A program made the translations under genes and the position numbers. From IMG/VR virus record IMGVR_UViG_3300006924_000001: 64,000 nucleotides of DNA; one strand, written 5' to 3'. Below, in pieces: positions 9,423 through 20,672 of the stretch (positions are counted from its first letter, which is position 1; each line of letters starts with the position of its first letter). Source of the DNA: an uncultured virus (IMG/VR IMGVR_UViG_3300006924_000001) (Duplodnaviria; Heunggongvirae; Uroviricota; Caudoviricetes). The notes beneath the pieces were generated by a model that saw only the letters and a list, made by a program, of their open reading frames with translations, was not told where the DNA came from and ran no database searches.

Positions 9423-10151
9423 GTGGCGTTGCTAATGCTCCTTGTTGACCATCGAGAAAACCCCAAGTTAATCCACAAATTACTTGTCAAGATGGGTGAC
9501 GCAGATAACAACCCGAAGGGACAGGCACGAGTTCTCTCGATGAAGTCCGGTGATTATGTCATTGGTGGTTGGGGTATTGAGGCAAAAGAAATCAATGACC
9601 TTTACCGTAGCATCCTCGGTATTGGCCGCTCCCGAACCATCGTCGGCCAATTGAAGGACTTATGCGAAACCTATGAACGACCATTCCTCGTCGTGTACAA
9701 TACCGAACTTAAGCCGTGGTTCCACGGTCGCAGACCTTCTGCTAAGGAATTGTCCGAAGAGCGCAAGAAGATGGCGGCTGTCATTAACTCGTTCAAAATG
9801 ACCATGCACCAACGGTTTCCTAATCTCCACTTTTTGCAATTGACCACGATGGATGATTTTGTCGAATGGTTGTACACCAATCACAGGCAAAATGTTATCG
9901 CAAAAATAAAACCACCAAAGAGCCACTTGCCGAAACAGGTTGTCAATATCAACGACGACGACCGAATCAAGTGTCTAATGACTTGCGGAATCAATCGAGA
10001 ACAGGCCACTGCTCTCCTGTTGGAGTATGGTAGTATTCCCGCAATTCTAAGAAAGAAGACTCGGCAGAAGGACATGGTTGCCTGTGCTAACATCACGAGC
10101 AAGCAGGCCAAGAAAGTCTTGGCGTTGAGAAAGGACTACACCCATCAGTAG
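9423..10151 (+). CDS. ERCC4/XPF-family nuclease with HhH domain
   Basis: VDHRE, GDY, IEAKEINDL and a C-terminal HhH-like region. Confidence 0.85.
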   Translation: MALLMLLVDHRENPKLIHKLLVKMGDADNNPKGQARVLSMKSGDYVIGGWGIEAKEINDLYRSILGIGRSRTIVGQLKDLCETYERPFLVVYNTELKPWFHGRRPSAKELSEERKKMAAVINSFKMTMHQRFPNLHFLQLTTMDDFVEWLYTNHRQNVIAKIKPPKSHLPKQVVNINDDDRIKCLMTCGINREQATALLLEYGSIPAILRKKTRQKDMVACANITSKQAKKVLALRKDYTHQ

Positions 10152-13100
10152 GGGTTCAGTCCATTCCCGACAATGCCCTTCATGCTGTATCGTTGGAAGT
10201 TCACCTTGATTGAGTGGATTACCAGTGAGGCGTAGAGAGCATCATCTTCGCCAGTACCCGGAGTACGCTTCAATTCGATGTTGATGGTATTACCTTCGGT
10301 GTTCGCTCCTGTCAGCGGTGTCCCTCCCAAGATTGCCGTTGTTCGTCGGGTAGCCCCTCCGCTTAAAGCAAATGTTCTCGAAACAGAATTACCGTACAAT
10401 TCTTCTGTGACTGTCGCTGTCAAGACTGCCGTCAGTTCCGGTCTTGTATTAGCGAGGGAATAGACAGCCGTGACGCTGATGATTTCGTCGGCAACATCGT
10501 CGGGTACCTTTACGCTTATGTTGTGGGTCTGCGTCAGTCGGGTCGATGAGTCGGGGTCAACAATTCCTGTGAAGACCATTCCTTCCCCCGATACGACAGC
10601 AGTTCCGGAAGTGGCCTGTATGTTATCTCCCAGCCCATCTACGGCCCTTTGTGCGTTGAGAGGGGGTGCAACCCTTGTTTGTCCAAGAATGCCGTAGGAA
10701 GAGTCGCTAACGCCATTATTGAGCAAGTCCATTCTGCCGGTCATTCTTCCGTGAACTCCGGATGCCAATTGGTTGCTTCCCACGCTGTTAGTGAAGGTGC
10801 CATTACCTTCAAATGGATTTCTCCCACCTTCTTGTTGTCCGGGTGCGACGGGGTTGGTACCCACAGGTCCGCCCGATGGTGGGACCATTGGTGGTGGTAA
10901 TTGTGGTCGGTTGCTTGAGCCACCGTTGGACCCCCCGACGGTACCACTGCCGCTACCTTGTCCACGACCACGAGCAACACTGGGGTAAAGATAAGCACCG
11001 AGTCCGCCAAGACTCTTTGTTTGGTCCCTTTCCATACTCAAGGCCACATCTTCAATATCTCGACCCGAAACACTCCACTGGATATTTTGGATGGTTAGGG
11101 TTTCGTTAGACAAACCGAGTCCGGAGTCTGTGAACTCGACAGTCGTTGCGGGTCGCCATCGAACATCGTTGGTGATGTGGATGCGTGGACAGTAGTACAC
11201 ATTTCTCACACCCCACAGTCCGGACATGTTTTCGTACTTGCGAAGCCCCAGCGGGAAGATTGAGTCGGTGTTAGTGGCTGTCCATGTCGGCACACCTGCT
11301 TCCGTTATATCGTGAGCGTTGTGCAAAATTCCCGATGCTGATGGGTCGCCACAACGGTGTCGTAGCAATTCCTTGAGATAGTCAACATTTACCGAAATAG
11401 TAATCCTTGCTCCGGATGGCAAAGAAGACCAATAGTTCGGTGGGATTTCGATTTGGTAAAATCCGTTACGCTTGACATTGACAGTGGTGACAAAGGCACC
11501 TCCGGAAGTATTAGCGTATGTTGGGGCGTAACGCACCGACGCTCCACCATGCGAATTAAATTTGGCTGACTCGGTTGTGTCGAATGAAGGGTCAGTGAGT
11601 CCAATCGTGAACTCGGCGTTATCAATGTCGGTTCCGGTTTGCCCGTCTTTTAGGGCGACCCAAATTCGCAAGTCCTCGTTGCTACCGTCGCTCACCAAAG
11701 GCATATCTGTTGGTATGTGAACGATACCGACAGCGTGACTAAGACTGTGCGCTCCCCACCACCAATACGATTTGTCGTAGGTGTGGTTGGTACCGGCACT
11801 GCTACCTGCTGGGGGGACATGTCCTTTACCGTAGCGGTCACGATTCAAGGTGTCTGCGCCGTTGATACTCATGTGTCCATCTAAGGCGTTGCACTGTCCG
11901 TTCGCAAGACTTCCGTTGAGAGAAGACCATTGGAAGTTAAGTGAGTTCGATACAGCAGGGTAAGCAGGTCCGAATGCGTATTGTTGAGTAACGCTTCTTT
12001 CTGCGAAACGGGTTGGGTCAGCGATATATCCATAGCGACCACCGGCAAGCATTTTGTCGTCGTGAGTCAAATCTCTCATCACATTTCCAGTGATGCGGAT
12101 AGACTTTGTTTTGGCTTTATAGTATTCTTCTTGGGCCACCAAATTCGCTTCTTCTTCCACTCCGATTTCCGGAACTTCGATAATCTTCCATCGGTAGGTT
12201 TGGTTGAGGGATGGTGCTGGGTAGTCCGAAAAAGAGCCACCGTTATTGTAATAGACTCGAACATTTGTAATTTGTTGTGCCATCGAAGCGTCAAGACTGT
12301 TGACATTCATACTATCTCGTGTCAATGCTTCCCCAAGACTGTATGACGGGCGGAGTTCCAATTTGTTATCTCTTCCCATTTGGTATGTGAGTCCGAGCCT
12401 CTTGCCGTTCTCTCGACCTACGCCACTTGCTTCTGTCGATTCACGGACCAAAGACAATAGGGACTTGCCACCCCGACCGTCGTATATGCCACCGAAAGAA
12501 TCCCAATCGGCGTCAGTGCCATCAAGCGTCATGTTGTTCGTCTGCGGTACCGATGATAGGTCAAACCAGCAAGGACTTGCTGATTGGGTCAGCCATGTAT
12601 CGGACAGCGTGAAAGACCACAGGAAGCGTAATTTGTCGTGTACCATGAAGGTTCCGAGGTTCGGGCTTGACACATACCCTTCTGTTCTCATCAAGAAGCG
12701 AAGAGCATATCGTGGTGCCGCACTACCGCTGATTACCACTTCGTCATATGCTCCGCTCACTTGGCTTTGGTTAGGCAGATTGACTGCTATTTCGGCAGTG
12801 CTTCCGTTGGCTTTGATAACATCATCCATTTGAATCCCTTCAAGCAAGGCTTCCGCCGTTTCACCTGTGTAGTTCGTTGCCGCATCGGACTGCGTGTAAA
12901 TTCCGTACAATTGTTGTGGAATGCTAATGCTATCTCCGATGTTGACATTCTGCCGTGTACTGCCGGTTTCTGCACCAGCAATACTGTCGTCAACGACTAT
13001 TGTTGTTGCCGTTAAAGAAGTAATTTGGGCAACCCACTTAGCGGTCACATTTCTAACTCGCATACCTACCTTGATGCCGTCATTTACGAAGTCGGCACCA

Positions 13101-16100
13101 CTGCAAAAGATGGTTAGTGCGCCAGCGACCGCCGAATTTGATGTGGCTGTTTCGACAACCGCATCATCTAACTTGCCGTCGTAGGTGTACCAAAAGATTT
13201 CAGTGGATGGGTTCTGTCCGCTCGCATCTCTCGTACATTTAATTTTACCATAACCAAATTCGGGGAAGTCGGCGACCAGCGAGGTCGAGGGTTTGGTTTC
13301 GATTACCTTGTCACCTACCTCGATTGTTCGATTGAGTTCTGCGCTTGCGTTGACCCATCTTCGGAAGTTAGGGTTGAATGCGAATGGTTCGGCGTTGTTG
13401 TTATTGGTACTCGTGGCTTGGACCCAATAGTTATCCATCAATACGGGGAAGCCATGATACTCGGTTTCGTATTCGCCCACGCTAACTGTGCCACCACTAC
13501 GCTGATTGATAGTACCCTTGTTGATAAAAGTATTGAGGTTAAAGAACTTTGAACAGTCGTACACCAACAAGGCTCCGGCCTGTTGCTCCCAGCCTTGAAG
13601 TTCGGAAACACGATGCTCCTGTTCCGCTTTCCGTACAAATGGACCGGTCGCAGTGTATGTTTCCGTCGTAGTGTATGTACTTGTGGCACATGTGATTTCT
13701 TTGGTGGTAGTGCCTGTGATTCCGGAGATAGTATGGATTCCGTCGTAGTTATCGCTGTTGAAGATAATCACTTTGTCGCCAGTCGCTAAATCCGATACGC
13801 CGGAGTCAGCGTTGAGAACCTTGAACTTAATACCTGTTGAGCCGTCACTAATAATAGAATCACCGGAATACCCATTAGTCAATTGGATTGTTGCGCCACC
13901 ACCTAACGGGGTTGACCACGGAGCGTTTGTTGTTGGGTCTGTGGTTGCGTCGAGTTCCCAAATGTCCAAGTCCTGTCCGATGTTCATGGAGATAAATGAA
14001 TCGTACTCTCCGTTGTTGTTTGTTTGGTCTGTGAATGAAATTGACACATCGTAATTGTCCTTGATGGGCTTGAGCAGTCCGAAGGCCTTGTTTCTCCACC
14101 CACCGTCTGCGTTAGCGTCACCGTTGTTTCGCATGTCGGCCCACTGCAACCAAAGGTGCTTGTAGTCCGTACCGGCAGAAAGAGTGTACACCGTTTCCCC
14201 GCTATCGTGGTCAATGGATAGTCCCTTGACTCCGACAAGATAATGGTTGCCGTCGTCTGCTGGGCTGATGTAGCCGTTGTAAGTGAAGGTGTCAACGAAC
14301 CCTGCGCTATTGACGACTTGGCCTACGCCGTGACTCTCCGAAGAATCAATGAACGAAGACCCTACTTGGATAACATTGGAGTCTGCCGTGAAGGATGCTG
14401 ATGCTGTTCCAGCATCGACAAACGAGAATCCATAAACAGAAAAATGCTTTTTGAACCATGCTGATTTTGGAAGGTCACGCATCCAAATAGCGTGAGCGTC
14501 ACGATGTGTTAAGTCCTGTGCTGTTCCGGAAATTTTACCTTGTTCGATGGTGTACTTACCTGTCGAAAAAGTGACTGGTGTCAATGCTCCGGTTGTCGTT
14601 TGCGTTTTAGCATAAAACACCCCACCTATGGTTTGGGTGGCAATAACCGTATGTACCTTGTTGCGAAACGATGTTCCGACTTGGGTTTCGCTTGCTGGGA
14701 TTGTGACCAAATCCCCTGTCGAAAGGAAAGTGTTGTCGTTGCGACTTGGTGCCGAAGAAAAGCGAAGTATGAGGTAGCCGGATTCGGCGGCTGTTCTTGG
14801 GGATGTTGATTGGTAGCCCGTGAAGTTCGCTGATGTTTCACCCGTGTATGTCATTCCCGAAATAGTAAGTAATTGACCAAAGCCTGTGGGTCCGGAACCC
14901 ACCGCACTGATTGTCACGCCGTTTTCATTGTGGTCGTCAAACGAAAACAAATCCGGAGTGTCGCTTGTGGTGTATGAGGTTCCAGTATGTCGCAAGATAA
15001 CCTGTGCATCACCACTGGCCGTCGCTTGGGTAATACCGGCCACTTCGTAGCCTAACCAACCGTCTTCAACATTGTTGGGTCCGGCCACATCTTCGTTGTT
15101 GTACATTTGGATTGGGTGAGCCGAAAACAAAGTCGCTCGCTGTCCTTCCAGTTGTTTGTACCCTGTTCCCGATTCAAACCCAAGTGTCGGTTGTCTGTCT
15201 TCAAGACGAGCGGCACCGAAGAACATTGTGTCGGACAATAGTGCTATTTCTTCCTTTCGTGCAAGAACTTGGTCTTGGTTACCAAGACCTACTTGACCTA
15301 CTTCCCAAGATGAAATTTGTCTATCGAGAACAGAAAGTGAGTCACGCGCGGTAACTGTTATTTCCCTTGTTCTATCCGAGGCCACTTGAGCAACCTTTAC
15401 TCCTTCGATAATACCATTCCAAAGAGGTCTGTGGATATTGTCGCTAAACATGAGCAATCTCCAATCTGTAATTTCGTCGCTAAGAAACCACGGGGTTAGA
15501 TTTTGTTCACTGTCGTCGTCAAGAATCTTAATCGTTCCGTCGCTAATCCCGTTGACGGGCGTGTTGCACTGCCACTCCGCTACGGGAGAGCGGTCACCGC
15601 GATTGTCGGGAGTATCAGTGAGTGGTCGATAAACCGCAAAGCGGTCAATCATTGTCGCAACAATACACTTGTTTGACGCCGTTCCGAGGGGGGCTACGAA
15701 AAGTTCCCATCCTGTCATTTCTGTTGCTTTGAATGCGGCGGAGGTATCACTGTTGTTCGCCATATCGTACCCTCCGTTGGCACCGGCAGTGTATGCGCCT
15801 GCTGTTAGGTTAGTGGCTGTGACTTCGGTTCCTTCGTGGTACACCTTGAACTTATTGTTGGTGTAATCTATTTTGAAATCCAAGTCGTACCACGGGTCAC
15901 GGTTTGGGTCGCGCAGGTCTTGGCTTGCCAACCAATCGACATGATACAGGTTTTCATTTTCGCTTAAACCCTCTCCACTTGAGGGTCTAAAAGTCCAATT
16001 GATTGCTGGTGTCGCTCCACCGGAACCTGCTGTACCAAAGGTCGTTGATGTTGGGAAGCCTATTTTCAAAGTGTAACTAACGGGTGCGCCGGACTCCACA

Positions 16101-16999
16101 CTTTCATCGGGTACTATTGAGGCAAAACCAAGCATGGCTTGAGTACACATTCGGATTGTGAAAAAGTCGCCATCGGACTTGGTGTTGAGGTTAGCGGAAG
16201 ATGCAATCACTGGTCGGTATGCTCCGCTTGGTGCTACATTGTTGATTTGGTTGGCCGTAGCGTCAGCAAGATAGGTTGTGACGCACAGGAATGGTTTTCC
16301 GGAATTACTTTTTATCGGGGAAAAAATAACTTCGGGTGTGTCTTCGTGAGTCGTTGCCGCCCCTGTCGTTAGACTGTATGCGTTGCATTGTATTCTTTCT
16401 CCCATCCATACTCCGGTTAGGCTTGCGTGTTGCATAAATTCGGGAGCGGTACCACCGGTAATTTGCCCAGCGATTAACGCAGTCCAATTCCTACCATTCC
16501 AATCGTATAGTGACTCACGACCAAAAGAGGAATCAGTATCTCCGGTGGGGATGTAGTAACGGTTTGAGGAATTGTATGAAGACGACATAAGCATGTACGC
16601 ATCGTCGGCGTTATTGTTGCCTGCCTTGTCGTATCGGAATCTGTTGGCGTTGGTCAATGAGTTAGGGTACTGTAATTGCGCTCTCCCACCCCAATTCTCG
16701 CCCTTTCCGAGCCGAATAGGGTCAAGGGTAGCCCAGCGAGAAATGCCGTCGTTAGAGGCTAAGTAATTGGTCGCTGTTGAGAACTCGTTATTGTTGGCTC
16801 GGTCCCGAATACTCCATCGGTATCGGGGACTTAGGGTCGCTTCGCCGTTTAGGATGTTGCCGTAGTGTGTTTTGTCAGCGTCGTATGTGCCTGCGCTCGA
16901 TGGTTGGTTTGCATCGTCTGCGATTACTTTTGACCCAACCCAATCTTCGTATGAGCCTGCGAGCCAAAACCCGTACTTGCTTGTTGCTGTTCTTGACAT
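10145..16999 (-). CDS. Very large tail tip/host-recognition protein
   Basis: ~2280 aa, Ser/Thr/Gly-rich beta content, directly downstream of the tape measure gene; contains hub-like segments. Confidence 0.75.
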   Translation of the reverse strand: MSRTATSKYGFWLAGSYEDWVGSKVIADDANQPSSAGTYDADKTHYGNILNGEATLSPRYRWSIRDRANNNEFSTATNYLASNDGISRWATLDPIRLGKGENWGGRAQLQYPNSLTNANRFRYDKAGNNNADDAYMLMSSSYNSSNRYYIPTGDTDSSFGRESLYDWNGRNWTALIAGQITGGTAPEFMQHASLTGVWMGERIQCNAYSLTTGAATTHEDTPEVIFSPIKSNSGKPFLCVTTYLADATANQINNVAPSGAYRPVIASSANLNTKSDGDFFTIRMCTQAMLGFASIVPDESVESGAPVSYTLKIGFPTSTTFGTAGSGGATPAINWTFRPSSGEGLSENENLYHVDWLASQDLRDPNRDPWYDLDFKIDYTNNKFKVYHEGTEVTATNLTAGAYTAGANGGYDMANNSDTSAAFKATEMTGWELFVAPLGTASNKCIVATMIDRFAVYRPLTDTPDNRGDRSPVAEWQCNTPVNGISDGTIKILDDDSEQNLTPWFLSDEITDWRLLMFSDNIHRPLWNGIIEGVKVAQVASDRTREITVTARDSLSVLDRQISSWEVGQVGLGNQDQVLARKEEIALLSDTMFFGAARLEDRQPTLGFESGTGYKQLEGQRATLFSAHPIQMYNNEDVAGPNNVEDGWLGYEVAGITQATASGDAQVILRHTGTSYTTSDTPDLFSFDDHNENGVTISAVGSGPTGFGQLLTISGMTYTGETSANFTGYQSTSPRTAAESGYLILRFSSAPSRNDNTFLSTGDLVTIPASETQVGTSFRNKVHTVIATQTIGGVFYAKTQTTTGALTPVTFSTGKYTIEQGKISGTAQDLTHRDAHAIWMRDLPKSAWFKKHFSVYGFSFVDAGTASASFTADSNVIQVGSSFIDSSESHGVGQVVNSAGFVDTFTYNGYISPADDGNHYLVGVKGLSIDHDSGETVYTLSAGTDYKHLWLQWADMRNNGDANADGGWRNKAFGLLKPIKDNYDVSISFTDQTNNNGEYDSFISMNIGQDLDIWELDATTDPTTNAPWSTPLGGGATIQLTNGYSGDSIISDGSTGIKFKVLNADSGVSDLATGDKVIIFNSDNYDGIHTISGITGTTTKEITCATSTYTTTETYTATGPFVRKAEQEHRVSELQGWEQQAGALLVYDCSKFFNLNTFINKGTINQRSGGTVSVGEYETEYHGFPVLMDNYWVQATSTNNNNAEPFAFNPNFRRWVNASAELNRTIEVGDKVIETKPSTSLVADFPEFGYGKIKCTRDASGQNPSTEIFWYTYDGKLDDAVVETATSNSAVAGALTIFCSGADFVNDGIKVGMRVRNVTAKWVAQITSLTATTIVVDDSIAGAETGSTRQNVNIGDSISIPQQLYGIYTQSDAATNYTGETAEALLEGIQMDDVIKANGSTAEIAVNLPNQSQVSGAYDEVVISGSAAPRYALRFLMRTEGYVSSPNLGTFMVHDKLRFLWSFTLSDTWLTQSASPCWFDLSSVPQTNNMTLDGTDADWDSFGGIYDGRGGKSLLSLVRESTEASGVGRENGKRLGLTYQMGRDNKLELRPSYSLGEALTRDSMNVNSLDASMAQQITNVRVYYNNGGSFSDYPAPSLNQTYRWKIIEVPEIGVEEEANLVAQEEYYKAKTKSIRITGNVMRDLTHDDKMLAGGRYGYIADPTRFAERSVTQQYAFGPAYPAVSNSLNFQWSSLNGSLANGQCNALDGHMSINGADTLNRDRYGKGHVPPAGSSAGTNHTYDKSYWWWGAHSLSHAVGIVHIPTDMPLVSDGSNEDLRIWVALKDGQTGTDIDNAEFTIGLTDPSFDTTESAKFNSHGGASVRYAPTYANTSGGAFVTTVNVKRNGFYQIEIPPNYWSSLPSGARITISVNVDYLKELLRHRCGDPSASGILHNAHDITEAGVPTWTATNTDSIFPLGLRKYENMSGLWGVRNVYYCPRIHITNDVRWRPATTVEFTDSGLGLSNETLTIQNIQWSVSGRDIEDVALSMERDQTKSLGGLGAYLYPSVARGRGQGSGSGTVGGSNGGSSNRPQLPPPMVPPSGGPVGTNPVAPGQQEGGRNPFEGNGTFTNSVGSNQLASGVHGRMTGRMDLLNNGVSDSSYGILGQTRVAPPLNAQRAVDGLGDNIQATSGTAVVSGEGMVFTGIVDPDSSTRLTQTHNISVKVPDDVADEIISVTAVYSLANTRPELTAVLTATVTEELYGNSVSRTFALSGGATRRTTAILGGTPLTGANTEGNTINIELKRTPGTGEDDALYASLVIHSIKVNFQRYSMKGIVGNGLNPY

Positions 17000-17015
17000 G
17001 TTCTTCACTTCTCTA

Positions 17016-20000
17016 CTACACTGTAATGTTTAGACCACGGGCGTTTAGTTCTCTAACCACTTGCTTAGTGATTTCGTTTGCCGCTTGTCCTGTGGTCATG
17101 CCGTTGAAATTGTTTGTCATAATCACTTCCGTAGTGTTTATGAGCGTTTCAACGCCCTTGTTGACGACTTGCTTTACCATGTCGCCTGTAATGTTTCCTT
17201 TTGCCATACCGAAGAACATTTCTTCTCTTGAGTTAGCGAACTCAAATGCCGCCTCCTTTGCCGCTTCGATTGGTCCGATAATGTCTTCTTGAACTGTCGC
17301 TCCGAATTGGTCTAACTGAATACCGTTAATGTCCGAGGCAATAAAGTCTGCCAAGTCAGCGATAAAATCTTCTGCCGTATCAGCATTTTCTGCTAACTCC
17401 ATGATAGCCCCTTGAAATTCTTGAGGGATAGCGGCGAACGCATCTGCATAGACTCCCTCTAACCTTGCCTGTTTTTGCTTTGCTGATTCGGGGTCAAAAA
17501 GACCGAAAGACATTTCACTGTACACATCTCTATCCGCAAGGAAATTGTTTGGCGCATCAAGGAAATTGTTGGCTTCTGCCGCCGCTTTCGCATCTCGACC
17601 TGCTTGTTGATAGTCTTTAACCATATCAAAGACTTCTGTTGCGGAGGCGGTATCTCCTACTAACGAAGTCGCCGTGTTGATGTTTTGAATATCGAGAAGT
17701 ATTGCTCGCTCTTCCTTTAGAGCCTCGATTCTGTTTGTGTAAGACTTTAGTAGGGAATCGTCGTCTGTACCTGCTTTCAATTTTTGCAGTTCGGCAATTT
17801 CCGAAGTTACTGTCGCCACATCCGAAGCCATTGTAGCACTATCAACACCTTGATAAGCATCAGCCATTTCTTTGTATTGCTCGGCAGTGTAATTGATGGC
17901 CTGTCCAAATTCCTTCATCGAGTCTGCCGCATTATCCGCTTCGTCTGCGCCTGCGAACAACCATGCCGCAAGAGAACCAATAGCGACAACCGCAATTCCT
18001 ATGCCTGTTTTTAGCAATGCGCTCTTTAGTCCCGCAAGAGAAAAGGAAAGTCTATTCACTCCAACGGCGGCACCGTTCATACCTGCCGCAAGACCGATAG
18101 ATGATTTGGTCATAGCGAGCATTTGAATAGTGGAGGGAACCATAGCGATGTTCATTAAAATCATGCTCGCTCTTGCCGACCTTTCGCTATCACCAAAGGT
18201 ACTGAATCCCATAGCCAATCCGCTCAATACTCCGGAGGTCTTCATCAGCATTCCCTGCAACCTCATACTTGCGGCGACCGTTGCCTTTTGTTTTGCTTCG
18301 ATTTCGGAAAACCCTTGAGCAAAAATTTTCATTTTAGGAAGCATCTTCATAATTGCATCTTCGTCAAGACCGTAGGCTTGTGCAAGTTCCCTTGCCGCTA
18401 CCGTCATGGCCTGTACTATTGCCTTGCTTTGCGTTTCTGTATTGGACTTCATTTCGGTGATTTGCTGTACTCGTTGCGCCGCCGCCGCAAGAATAACCTC
18501 GCCTTGCGTCTGTCCTTTGATTTCGGATTCTAAGGCGTTTGCCATAAGTATTCTTTTGCCTTCGTCTGCAATAATCCCAGCCATCACCATTTTTTGTTCT
18601 TTCAAATCGGCCACAAGAATGTCGTTTTGGAAGATTTCTCTTTGTGTTGATTCAGCAAGTTCGCCTTTCATAAAGATTAACTGTTGCATAATGACTCTTC
18701 GCCTTGCGTCGCTTTCCTCCATTCTTTTAGCGTTTATTTCATCGGCCATGTTTTGTGTTTTTTGTGTCATTCCTTTGTTTCTCAACACTTGGTCTATCTG
18801 TGTTATGCGCTTGAAGTGACCATCGTCAATCCTCTTCTGTGCCATTTCTTCAACGGTCATTAACTTCAAGTTGTCTTCCTGTCTTAGTCTTTCCTGTAAA
18901 TTAAGTATGTGATTGCTTTGGTTTCTGCTAACTTCCCTGTTCTTTATGTCGAGAATGGCATTAGCCACATTCATTCTTTTCTTGTCGGCTTCCAATTGAG
19001 AAATTTCTGTTTGAAGGTTTCTTTCGGATAACTGTGCCTCTTTCAGTTCTTCGGAAGTTAATGCTCTTTTCATTTGTGCTTGTGCCGACATTAACTGTTG
19101 CTGTGAATTTTCTATACCAATCCTTGCTATGCTTAGGTTGGTCATTACGGACATTTTTGAAAGTTCCGAATCGAGCATGTCCAATGACATTTTTTGCATT
19201 CCCATTTGACTGCCGTATGCTCCGGCTCGAACTAACTGTTCGTTGTTAAGCGCACGAGCAATCTGCTGTTGTGTTCGCATTGAAACATTGAGGCTCATCA
19301 TGTTCAATTGCGCTTCCACGATAGGAGCGTACAATTTTCCAATCTGTTGTGCGGTGAACATTCCGTCAATAATCGAAGCGAAGAATTTGTTGCTTTCGGC
19401 AAAGTCTGCAAAGGCAAAGTTAAGGTCTGCCTGTGCTTTTGTGGCTCGTATTACTGCTGGGGTAAAAACATTACCAACCGCCGCCTTTGCGTTAAACAGT
19501 CGGGATTCTTGAATTTTCAATTGGAACGAAACATCTTCCATCTTTTTGTTCAATTCACTTTGAGCAGTGTCAAGTTCTTTCGTTGCTTGTGTGTCAAGTC
19601 GAAGTACACGGGAATGGTTCTCAAACAATTTGATTGCACGAACATAGTGGTCGTTTCCAGCCATAGCCTGTGCAAGAGCCAATTTGTCAGCATCCTTGAG
19701 ATTGCCGTAGCGCATAGAAACATCGTGCAGAATATCCTCCATGCTACGCAATTGACCGTTCGCTCCCTTTACCTCAATACCATATCGCTTGAGAACTTCT
19801 GCGTTGTTCCCTGTGTTGGCACCAAGACGGGCATACATCATCTTGAGCGCACGACCAGCCTTTCCTTGCTCTTCACCAGCCTCAATCAAAGTGGCGGACA
19901 TAGCGGCCATGTATGAGGTCTTATCGCCAGCCAATTGACCCGAAGATGCGAACTGATTCATAACATGCGTAATCTGTGACATGGTTGCCGCAGAACGATT

Positions 20001-20672
20001 TTCGATTGTGTTCAATTGGTTGAGCATCCGAATGCTGTTTGCTCGGACTACATTTGCTTTTTGTTCCGAGGTCATTCGGTCAAAATTAGCCTTTTCCAAA
20101 TCGCCGTACATGAAGCCCGTCTGCTGTTGAAGGGAAATCATTTTCTTCATGGCGTCTTCTGTTTCCATGCCACCAATCAAACCGAACTGCATACCGATTT
20201 CGGTGGCCGCAACAGTCGCTTTGCCACCACCAACAATGTCGGATAACTGCGCCATCTTAGCACCGGCGGCAAGGGCTTGGTCACCACTAAATGCGTATGA
20301 TTCTCCAAGACTTACGATTGCTGTTGTCGCTGTATTAACATCTTGGAAGTTAGCGAACTTTTCAAATTCTAATCTTGCCTCGGCAATTTGTTGCGCCAGT
20401 GGGACTGTGCTGTCAACCGCCTTGTCCATTTGGTCGGAAAGCATCTGTACGCCTTCGGTGATACCCGAAAGACCGTCGAGCATTAGGCTTTGCAAGACTG
20501 TAATTTTGGCCTGTGCGTCGCCAATCAAACGGTTGGCTTGGAACGACCCGACAACATCGAAGAAAACACGAGAAGCACCGGCTCGCAAAACGAGCATAGT
20601 GACCATTGCAAAGAGTGCAACAATTGGTGAAAGGGAAAAAATAATCTGTCCAATCACTTTCTCCACCTTCAC
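17016..20672 (-). CDS. Tail tape measure protein
   Basis: Long helical Ala/Gln-rich protein with a TP901-type core (GRALKMMYARL, G.LRS..DIL) and hydrophobic stretches. True start may lie ~20-25 codons downstream. Confidence 0.9.
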   Translation of the reverse strand: MKVEKVIGQIIFSLSPIVALFAMVTMLVLRAGASRVFFDVVGSFQANRLIGDAQAKITVLQSLMLDGLSGITEGVQMLSDQMDKAVDSTVPLAQQIAEARLEFEKFANFQDVNTATTAIVSLGESYAFSGDQALAAGAKMAQLSDIVGGGKATVAATEIGMQFGLIGGMETEDAMKKMISLQQQTGFMYGDLEKANFDRMTSEQKANVVRANSIRMLNQLNTIENRSAATMSQITHVMNQFASSGQLAGDKTSYMAAMSATLIEAGEEQGKAGRALKMMYARLGANTGNNAEVLKRYGIEVKGANGQLRSMEDILHDVSMRYGNLKDADKLALAQAMAGNDHYVRAIKLFENHSRVLRLDTQATKELDTAQSELNKKMEDVSFQLKIQESRLFNAKAAVGNVFTPAVIRATKAQADLNFAFADFAESNKFFASIIDGMFTAQQIGKLYAPIVEAQLNMMSLNVSMRTQQQIARALNNEQLVRAGAYGSQMGMQKMSLDMLDSELSKMSVMTNLSIARIGIENSQQQLMSAQAQMKRALTSEELKEAQLSERNLQTEISQLEADKKRMNVANAILDIKNREVSRNQSNHILNLQERLRQEDNLKLMTVEEMAQKRIDDGHFKRITQIDQVLRNKGMTQKTQNMADEINAKRMEESDARRRVIMQQLIFMKGELAESTQREIFQNDILVADLKEQKMVMAGIIADEGKRILMANALESEIKGQTQGEVILAAAAQRVQQITEMKSNTETQSKAIVQAMTVAARELAQAYGLDEDAIMKMLPKMKIFAQGFSEIEAKQKATVAASMRLQGMLMKTSGVLSGLAMGFSTFGDSERSARASMILMNIAMVPSTIQMLAMTKSSIGLAAGMNGAAVGVNRLSFSLAGLKSALLKTGIGIAVVAIGSLAAWLFAGADEADNAADSMKEFGQAINYTAEQYKEMADAYQGVDSATMASDVATVTSEIAELQKLKAGTDDDSLLKSYTNRIEALKEERAILLDIQNINTATSLVGDTASATEVFDMVKDYQQAGRDAKAAAEANNFLDAPNNFLADRDVYSEMSFGLFDPESAKQKQARLEGVYADAFAAIPQEFQGAIMELAENADTAEDFIADLADFIASDINGIQLDQFGATVQEDIIGPIEAAKEAAFEFANSREEMFFGMAKGNITGDMVKQVVNKGVETLINTTEVIMTNNFNGMTTGQAANEITKQVVRELNARGLNITV

